Source: the human T2T-CHM13v2.0 reference genome, Homo sapiens
Direction: 5' to 3' (one strand)
Assembly: GCF_009914755.1 (NCBI RefSeq)
Contig: NC_060942.1
DNA length: 64,000 bases
Shown here: positions 53,102 to 64,000 of the stretch, one piece after another
How the letters are laid out: every line of letters begins with the position of its first letter
Numbering within the stretch: the first letter of the stretch is position 1
Notes under the pieces: model-generated
What the model saw: the letters and a program-made list of their open reading frames with translations, nothing else
Databases searched by the model: none
Told to the model about the DNA's origin: nothing
Made by a program: the position numbers and the translations under genes

Positions 53102-53329
53102 CAGTGGCTTTCAAACTTTTTAAACCCTGACCCACAGTGAGAAATGCATCTTGCATCATAACCCAATATAAATACACACGTATTGTAATGACAACAAAAA
53201 TGTCTCACAATACCTATCTTTACTGTACTCACTCAGATATTTCCTATTCTGTTCTTTCTTTTAAAACTGGTTGCAGTCTGCTAAGTCGACTGTCCTAATA
53301 GATTGCAACCCATGCTTTAGAAAATACTG
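53102..53329. mobile_element. hAT-Charlie relic (Charlie4a-like)
   Basis: 'cagtggctttcaaactttt...gacccacagtgagaaatgcat...gcaacccatgctttagaaaatactg'. Confidence 0.55.
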
Positions 53330-53931
53330 TCCAACTTCCTTCCTGTCTTCCCTCTGAAGGCCAGAAAAAGGAGGTAGCATTACGATTAGGAAAGTGAATG
53401 ACTTGTCTTATGTAGCCACATGAAAAGATCTGTGTAGGCCAAAGAATGATTATTATTGGTAGAGTGTATAGGAAATATTATTTTAAATTTGATAAGCCTG
53501 GTTCTATGTGGTCAACCAGGCTTTTAACCCTTTTAAGGACAAACCTTTCACAATAAAAGTTGTAGGTATGATTTATCCAAGGAGGGATAATCAATGTTGT
53601 GCTCCCTTAAGTTTTTAATGTTTCATTTAACTCTTGGAAACCCAAGATAAAAAAATATAATTTGTAGATAACCTAGAAATATTTTAGAAGGAATTTGTAA
53701 TTCCTTCTATAAATTGTAGTTCCCAGTTGGAAAGGGAGTGGAAAGAGACCAAAACTTTGTGGAGCAATTCAGTTTCAAGCAATTCTTAAGCATTTAGTAT
53801 CTGATTCTCACTTTTGAAACCTGATTGTGTCAAATGAGGTTCTAGAAAGTGTATTCTTAAATTTACAAAGTACTATTTGCAAAATAATATTGTTTTATAT
53901 TTTTAATTGCTTTTTTAAAAAATCCAGTCTT

Positions 53932-54235
53932 GGCTGGGCACAGTGGCTCACGCCTGTAAGCACTTTGGGAGGCCGAGGCAGGCAGATCACTTGAGGTCAT
54001 GCATTCGAGACCAGCCTGGCCAACATGGTAAAACCCTGACTCTACTAAAAGTACATAAATTAGCCGGACATGGTGGTGTGTGCCTGTAATCCCAGCTACC
54101 GAGGAGGCTGAGGCAGAAGAATTACTTGAATCCAGAAGGCAGAGGCTGCAGTGAGCCAAGATCGTGCCATTACACTCTAGCCTCGGCAACAGAGGGAGAC
54201 TGCGTCTTAAAAAACAAAAAACAAAAAACAAAAAC
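53932..54235 (+). mobile_element. Alu (AluS-like)
   Basis: Dimer with a small 5' deletion ('cgcctgtaagcactttg') and an (AAAAAC)n tail. Confidence 0.94.
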
Positions 54236-54449
54236 AGTCTTGTTTCTCCAGCAAGATTGTTAGCTTTTTGCAAGCTGACCTGGGCATGGATTTGTCTTCC
54301 TGTCCGTCCTTTCCTCGCGATGCTTTCCACAGTGTTAGTTACAGAGGAGACTCTGAAGAGAACTTCAGTCTGAACCTAGGAGTGTTTGACCTGTGGCTTA
54401 TCAGGATGTGAACATTGGGCAGCCTATTTTCTATTTTGTTTATTTACTT

Positions 54450-54540
54450 TATCTATCTATCTGTCTGTCCGTCCGTCCGTCCGTCCATCCATCCATCCAT
54501 CCATCCTATTTATATATCTGTCTATCTAGCTAGCTAGCTA
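54450..54540. repeat. Compound tetranucleotide microsatellite (TATC/TGTC/CGTC/CATC, then TAGC) in an Alu-monomer tail
   Basis: 'atctatctatctgtctgtccgtccgtccgtccgtccatccatccatcc...tagctagctagcta'. Confidence 0.9.
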
Positions 54541-54635
54541 TGAGATAGGGGCTTGCTATATGGCCCAGGCTGGCCTTGAACTCCTGAACTTACACAATCC
54601 TGCCTCAGCCTCCTAAGTAGTTGGGACTACATATA
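54541..54635 (-). mobile_element. FLAM-like Alu monomer
   Basis: 'gagataggggcttgctatatggcccaggctggccttgaactcctg'. Confidence 0.75.
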
Positions 54636-54679
54636 AGCGTCCTTTATAACAGCTCTCCTTCCTACCCTCCTCCCTCTTT

Positions 54680-54860
54680 ATTTGTTTGTTGACTTATTTT
54701 AGAGACAGGGTCTGTCTGTGTTTTCCAGGCTGGAGTGAAGTAGCTATGTACAAGTGTGATCATAGCACACTACAGCCTTGACCTCCTGGGCTCAAGCAAT
54801 CCTCCCACCTCAGACTCCAGAGTACCTGGGAGTACAAGTGCACATCACCACACCCAGCTG
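54680..54860 (-). mobile_element. Partial Alu (FRAM/AluJ right arm)
   Basis: 'agagacagggtc...ccaggctggagtg...ctcctgggctcaagcaatcctcccacctcag'. Confidence 0.8.
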
Positions 54861-55288
54861 AGCAGCATTTTTAAAATTTTCTTTTCCTCCAAAGCTTTCT
54901 TATATCCTGATTTTCCCTCACTATCCTCATGTAATATTTGCATATATTCATACACACACACACACATGCAACTGCATTTTATACACATGTGTCTTGGGGT
55001 CCCGGAGAGCTCAGCGTGCTGGTGGGGTTGGTGGGGCTGGTGTCTCCAGAGTGGTGATGTGAAGAGCAGCACCTCGCTTAGAGGTAGAGCAGGTGTGTGC
55101 CATGAGCTCAGGTGATGGCAGTGGAGCTTACAGGAGATGGCTTGTGGCTTTTCCCTCCGTTGGTCTGTCACTCTCAGCTGCCACTGTCTGCCACTGTAGG
55201 GATTCCACTGTGGGTTCAACTTGTTCTTATGTCAGGCAATGTTGTTTGTGTATACTCATAATAAGCACTGGTTAAAGAGGGAACATTA

Positions 55289-55789
<501 letters not shown>

Positions 55790-56399
55790 TTAAAGTTACT
55801 AATTCAATCTCTTTACTTGTTACAGGTCTATTGAGATTTGTTATTTCTTCTTGATTTAGTTTTGGTCATTTGTGCCTTTCTAGAATTTTTTTTCATTTCG
55901 TACAAGTTATCTAATCTGTTGGCATACAGTTGCTCATAATATTACATTATAGTCATTTTTATCATTGTAAGGCTGATAATAATGTTGCCCCTTTCATTCC
56001 TGATTTTAGTAGTCTTTTCTTTTTTTCCTATGTCAGTCTACTAAAGATTTCTTAATTTTTTCTGTCTTGTTCAAGAACCAAATTATGTTGATTTTCTCTA
56101 TTTTTCTATTCTCTGTTTTGTTACTGTAATCTTTGTTATTTCCTTCTTTTTTTCTTGATTTTGTTTTAATTTATTCCTTTTGGTCCAGTGTCTTATTATA
56201 GAAGATTAGGTTATTAATTTGATATCTTTCTTAATGTAGGCTTTTACAGCTATAAATTTCCTTCAGAGTATTCCTGTAGCTGTATCCCATAAGTTTTGGT
56301 ATGTTTTGCTTTTATTTGCCTTCATCTCAGAGTGTTTTCTAGATTTCCTTTTGGGGGAGAAATTTCCTTGTTATTCCATCTTTGACCCATGGGTTGTTC

Positions 56400-56550
56400 T
56401 TTTTTTGTTTGAGGGTGTTTTGTTTTGTTTTTGAGATGAGGTCTCACTATATTGCCCAGACTGGTCTTGAACTCCTAGGCTTAAGCCAACCTCCCACCTT
56501 GGCCCCCTAAAGTGCTGAGATTACAGGTGTCAGCCACCACACCCAGCCGA
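56400..56550 (-). mobile_element. FLAM_C-like Alu monomer inserted in the L1
   Basis: 'gagatgaggtctcactatattgcccagactggtcttgaactcct...aagtgctgagattacagg'. Confidence 0.85.
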
Positions 56551-58403
56551 ATCCATGTTTTTTTTAAATGTGTATGTTGTTTATTGCTTACATATTTGTC
56601 AATTTTTGAATTCCCCATTTTCTTTCTGTTATGATTTCTAGTGTTATTGTATTTTAATCATAGGGTATATATTGGGTGATTTCAATTATTTTGTTTCATG
56701 GCCTGGCATATGGTCTATCCTTCAGAATGCCATGTTCTACTGTTGTAGACTAGAGTGTTCTATAGAGGTCCATCTGTTAGGTTTATTTGGCTTCTACTGT
56801 GTTTAAGTCTTCTATTTCCTTGTCGATCCTCTGCCTTGTTGTTTTATCTATTATTGAATGTGGAGTATTATGGTATCCAGCTATTATTCTTAAGTTGTCT
56901 GTTTTTCCTTTCAATTCTGTCAGTTTTTGCTTCATGTATTTTGGAAGTTTATTGTTGGATGTATATATGTGTGTAACTGTTCATTCTTTCTGATGGAATG
57001 AACTCTTTGTCATTAGTAAATGTTTTTTATTATCCCTTGTAACTTTTTTTTGTTCTGAAGTCTGTTTTGTCTAGTATTAGTATGGTCGCACCAGTTTTCT
57101 TATGACTGTTGTTTGTATATCTTTTTCCATGTTTTTTACTTTCAACCTATTGCTATCTTTGATTCTAAATTATTTTCTGTACATAGCATATAGTTAAATC
57201 TTGTTCTCTCATCCATTCTGACAGTCTCTGCCTTTTGTTCATTTCACTCTTATGTAATCTTATTGATGTAGTTTGATTGGCATTTACCACCTTACTTTTT
57301 GTTTCCTATATGTCTCATCTTTTTTTCTTCCTCTATTCCTCCTATACTGCTTTAAGTTATTTTCTTAATGGTTGCTCTCAAGCTTAACACACATAACTTG
57401 TCAGAATCTACTTAAGATTTCCACTAAATTCTAGTGTGAGATATATACATAATTTTACTCCAATATAGCTGTTTTCTCTTTTTTTATGCTCTCCTTGTTA
57501 TACACATTAGCTCTCTATGTTACAAACCTAACAATACATTGTTATAATTGTTACTTTGTGTCATTTTATGTCTTTTAAATAATTTGAAAGAAGAGATGAG
57601 AACAAGCATCTATTTATAGCATGTCTTGTATTAGCCTTCTAATTTACCTTTTCTAGTTCTCTTCATTTGTTCCTGTGGATTTGAGTTACCATCTGGTACC
57701 ATTCTCTTTGCCTAGTACAGCTTTGCTCCCACTCACCTCCTCTGTGTTGTCATCATGAAATAAATTACATTTCTACATGTTATTGGGCCAGTGGCACAAT
57801 TACTTATGCATATATTTGTTTTAAACAATTGCCTTTTAAGTTAATTAAGAGAAGAAGGAAGAAGAAATGTACATTTACACTATCTTTTATCATTATGCAG
57901 TTATCTTTCCTGGAGCTCTTTGTTCATGCAGATTCAAATTACTGTCTGGGGTTACTTGCTTTCAACCTAAAGAAATTCCTTTTGTATTTCTTAAGTGAGT
58001 CTACTAGCAACAGTCTTTCAGTTTTTGTTTACCTAGGAAGGTCTTTATTTAGTCTTAACTTCTGAGAGATAGTTTTGCTGGATATAAAATTCTTGGTTCA
58101 CAGTCTTTTTAAATAAATTTCAGCATATCAAATATGTCATCCCATTGTCTTCTGGCTTTCATTGTTTCTGATGAGAAGTCAGTTGTTAATCTTAATAGGG
58201 TTATCTTATAAATGATGAGTCATTTGTCTGTTACTATTTTCCTTGGTTTGGCTGTCAGCATTTTTACCATGATGTGCCTGTTTTTTGGTCTCTTTGAATT
58301 TATCCTATTTGGAGTTTGTTGTAATTCCTGAGTGTATAGATTAACTTTTTCAATAACTTTAGTACATTTTCAGCCATTATTCTTTGGATTTTTGTTTCTG
58401 CTC

Positions 58404-58434
<31 letters not shown>

Positions 58435-58595
58435 CTTTCCTGTGGTACTCCTAATGTGTATGTTGGTGTGATTAATGATGTCTTGTGTTTTTTATCTAAG
58501 GCTCTACTTGTTTCTCTTCAATCATTTTTCTGTTACTCAGAGTGCACAGTCTTTATCAATCTATAAGTTTGCTAAATCTCTCTTATGTCAGTTTA

Positions 58596-58800
58596 GATCT
58601 ACTGTTAAGCTCTAGTGAATTTTTTATTTTGGTTATTGTATTTTCAACACCAGGCATTCCATTTGGTTTTTTCACAGATAATTCTATTTCTTTATTGATC
58701 TACTGTTAAGCTCTAGTGAATTTTTTATTTTGGTTATTGTATTTTCAATACCAGGCATTCCATTTGGTTTTTTCACAGATAATTCTATTTCTTTATTGAT
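58596..58800. repeat. 101-bp tandem duplication
   Basis: 58596-58696 vs 58697-58797, one mismatch (caacacc/caatacc). Confidence 0.95.
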
Positions 58801-60382
58801 ATTCTCTGTTTGATGCAACAATGCCATTTTACCTTGCTTTGCTTCTTTAATCATTGTTTCCTTGATTTCTTTGAACATACTTGTAATGGCTATTGTGAAG
58901 TTTTTGTTAAGCTGGATATCTGGGCCCTCCCACAGGTAGTTTCTATTGCCTGCTTTATTTCCTGTTTATGTGTCACACTTTCCTTTGCTTGTCTCATTTT
59001 TTGTTACTGAAAACTGGACATTTTGATAATATATTGTATTGACTCCTCTAGAGACGGATTTTCTCCTCCTCCCCAGAACTTCTTGTTGTTTTCTCATTTA
59101 TTTAGTAGCTTCGTTGGACTATTTTATTAAAGTCTGTTTTCCTTGCAATGTGAAGCCTCTGATGTCACTCCTCAGAGGGCACAGCCTTGGATATGGCACA
59201 GTCACCCTGGGATGGCAGTGATTTTAGCAGAGCTCTCTTTGTTTCTTTGCTTCATATTTCTGTCAAGCTGTCTGCCTTAGTTGGTATCACACCCAGCTGT
59301 TAGTTTCCACTAATTGCTGGCTAATTGCTTTATTGTTTTCCTCTATGCCTGGGGCATAAATCACTACAGAGTCTGATCCAACTAAATTCAGGCCCCTTTG
59401 CAGGGGTCATTTTTGATCTAGCCTTTGAGGTTTGTTCTGACCCCAGAAAGGTTCTTCTTAACTGTCTCTTTCTCTGATTCTCTGTAAAATTGCTGACCTA
59501 GAGTTAAGCTTGTCACTCTCAAAGAGCTACTAGCCTCCTCTCAATTTCTTACTACCAAAATTTCTACAGTTTTTGAAAGCACCCTTACACTTGAGCTTCC
59601 TCACATACTGTTCTAAATAAAGTAAGTTTTCGGTAGCAGAGCTTTGGAACTCTTTGTTCTTATGGCCTGCCTGTACACTCTGGGCAAAATCTCTGAGTTG
59701 ATGCTCCACAGCTGGAGTGGGGACATTAGCTCACTTCTCTGAGTGAGCCCTCCTCAACTTTATGGGCAGGATGGGCAGGACACTGGGTAGAGGTAGTAGC
59801 CGCTGGTCTTTTTAGCTTGCCTCTCCTTACATGGAATTTCCACCCTGTGAATGAACTGGGCTAGAAGCAGTTGGGACCATGCTATCATTAGCCTGCCATT
59901 CCTCGGATAGATCTTCTGCCCTAAGAGTGGGGGTGAGGAAGGGGTAGAACAAGGAAGGCCAAGTGGTAATAGGAAGCCTATGGCCTCTTGACTGCATTCA
60001 CCTGTAATTTAACCTCTGCAACAGGGACGTGCTGTGCTTGCCTTTCACTGGAGATGCCATAGGCTTTGTTGGGAAGTGGGGAGAGAGGAAACTCTTGTTT
60101 TTTTGCCACACCCACTCAGTGTAGATCTTCCCTGTGCTGAACTGGGGAAGGGAGAGGGAAGGAGTGGGTTGTGGCTCAAGTGCCACAGACTGTCACTGTT
60201 CTTACAATGGAAGTAAGAGATTTTAATAGATTTTCTTGAAACAAGATATTTATTAATCTGCTGAAATTCCCTTGGACAATTTTCAGAGACTCAAAATGGT
60301 TACTCTTTTACATAATTTCAGCAATTATGGTTGTTTTCCTGGCAAGTGAGTCTGTGGAACTTCTCAGCTCACTATTCTTTGA

Positions 60383-60693
<311 letters not shown>

Positions 60694-60889
60694 GTGAGTC
60701 TCCTATATTATATTTTAACTGTGTTAAAGTTTCAAACACAATATATATGTGGACAAGTCATGTTTTTCTTACTAATTGATTGAAACTAAATTATACAGCA
60801 AACCTTTCTTTTAAATGAGCAAAAGAAAGAAAATTATCTTTATATTCTATAAATAACATTAAAGATTGTTTTGGATTTTATTATATATC

Positions 60890-61015
60890 TTTTAAAAATA
60901 GAGACAGGGTCTCACTATATTGACCAGTCTGGTCTCAAACTCCTGAGCAAATGAAGCAATCCTCTTGCCTTAGCCTCCCAGGTAGCTGAAACTATAGGCA
61001 CATACCACTATACCT
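60890..61015 (-). mobile_element. FLAM-like Alu monomer
   Basis: 'gagacagggtctcactatattgaccagtctggtctcaaactcctgag'. Confidence 0.8.
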
Positions 61016-62134
61016 GTAATTTTATTATACAATTTTTAATAATATGCTTGCCTCAAATGTTTTATTTAAAATATCTAGCATATCAGGCCTGTGATTTTTT
61101 GGATATTGTTACTTAGAAGTTAAATTTTTTAAAAAATGAATTAATTGAAGTCCAGTTTAAAATCAATATTAAATAAATAATAGAACATGTGGAGTGCAGG
61201 TATTTTAAGAATCCTTAGGGTGGGACTTGAAGGACTTGGACTGAAGTGTGCAAGACATTGATTTGGTCCTAGCAATGAAATGAGACATGTGAGGACTGCA
61301 CAGCTGTGTGACTCAAGATGTCACTTTCAGCTAGCAGGACAGGTGGCACTAGACCCTGGGTCTCCTGACCAGCATCGAACTGCATCAAGAGTCACTAAAG
61401 CCAAAATGTTCCAGGCATAATGACAGCAGACAGAATCTGTAGCCTAAGACTTCCAGGGCATTCAGCTGGAGTCTGATCAAGGTTCGCCATTTGCTGTTTT
61501 GTCTGTTTGAGCTAAAAATCACCAAGAAGACCATGTGTGACCAAATTGCCACCCTGCAGCCAACCTTTGCCAGGATTTCTGCCTCTCAGAGGATGAATGG
61601 TGATAGACTGGTTTGGAAAATTTTTCTGTAAGGTATATTATAGGAAACAAAATTGTAAAGGTATTTGCAGTATTACCATTTCTAAGCTTGTAAATTTTTT
61701 TAAAATTACTTTTATTTGTATAACCAAAATTAGATGGGTTTCTGCCAGAGTAGCATTCCTTCTATGAGGACTCTACATTTTTATTATTAACACTCTATTT
61801 TACTGTATTTGCTTTCCTGCTGTGGGTATTTACTATGTTGAGAATAACAGACTTAATTAAGGTCATTTTTAATCAAAACAAGACCATGTTTCTCCTTATC
61901 TGCATAAAAGGCACTATCAGGCCTTTAGGGAGGATGGGCACCTGTTCTCCTAACCCTTTGGCTTCTGTCCATTTCATGGTGGCAAGGTGTCATCATAAAG
62001 TCCAGTCGATCCATCTCCATTATCTCTGGTTAACCAGGGGCCTCACATTCACAGCTAAGTTTGTCATGTTTCCATTTGTCAGCCCTGTAGAAATATTTTA
62101 AACGCAGAAATCTGATGTTATAATGCATTTAACA

Positions 62135-63230
<1,096 letters not shown>

Positions 63231-63397
63231 ACTTGATCGTATCAGACAGTTTAGTAGGGGTTAGAATTTCAACCCAGGATATCTGACTGCAAATCCACAT
63301 CCTTCCCAAAGCAGTATATTGGTTGCTTTGGGAATCATCATTGGTGGTGGGATGGGGGGAATTTTATCAGACATCATTCTTAAACCATGGCATTTAA

Positions 63398-63650
63398 TTT
63401 TTTTTTTTTTTTTTTTTTTGAGATGGAGTCTCACTCTGTCACCCAGGCTGGAGTGGAGTGGCACAATCTCAGCTCATTGCAACCTCCGCCTCCCGGGTTC
63501 AAGGAATTTCTAACTAATTTTTGTATTTTTAGTAGAGTCTGGGTTTCAACATATTGGCCAGGCTGGTCTCGAACTTCTGACCTTAAGTGATCTGCCCACC
63601 TTGGCCTCCCAAAGTGTTAAGATTACAGGTGTGAGCCACTGTGCCCGGCC
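63398..63650 (-). mobile_element. Alu with a right-arm deletion
   Basis: T-run then Alu body; 'ttcaaggaatttctaactaatttttg' skips part of the right arm. Confidence 0.93.
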
Positions 63651-64000
63651 TAATTTTTTATTTAAAAAATAAAAAGAAGAAAAACTAGAAATTAAAAAAC
63701 AAATAAAAATTTGTCATTTCAGTACTTTTTCAAGTCACAAATAAGTAAAATATTGAACTAAGCAATCCCTCCAGGCACATCATGGCTTTCAGCATTGGAA
63801 CAGGTTCCAAGGAATCCTATTGGAGAGGACATTTAATGGGAGGACATCGCTATATGTTTTCAGTCAGAAAGAAAAGAAAGGCTATGGACATAACAAATTT
63901 AAAACAGTGAAAAAGAAAAGTGTTGAGGGAGCTTTTATTCTAGAAAACTCTGATTTTTATAAATATTTAAGTTTTTAAAGTACCTTTTTATACTCTATTA

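Noticed and set aside
53494-53523. 10-bp stem, 10-nt loop hairpin (AAGCCTGGTT/AACCAGGCTT) followed by Ts
   Set aside because: About one such stem is expected by chance in 64 kb, and bacterial-type terminators do not apply here

Overview
Mammalian, almost certainly human or other hominoid, non-coding genomic DNA: young AluY copies with intact target-site duplications sit beside old L1, L2, MIR, MaLR/ERV1 LTR and MER DNA-transposon relics. I find no recognisable protein-coding exon, RNA gene, CRISPR array or intact autonomous element. The supplied ORFs are explained by repeats, low-complexity tracts or chance. The window looks like part of a large intron or an enhancer-rich intergenic region, and I cannot name the locus from sequence alone. 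The two LTRs I can orient are on the - strand and the best splice-site pairs read on +, which weakly suggests a + strand host transcript. I do not see evidence for a new biological system. The best leads are: a cluster of four HIF-type RCGTG sites (4847-4883), an array of ten RBFOX UGCAUG motifs inside a UG-rich tract (50868-51141), a clean 90-nt candidate cassette exon (37530-37619), a fold-back inverted duplication in a TA/CA tract (20445-20551), a three-monomer Alu, a near-perfect 101-bp duplication inside an ancient L1, and several candidate enhancers or alternative promoters. Repeat subfamily names are recognised by eye and boundaries are approximate; RepeatMasker or Dfam should confirm them.
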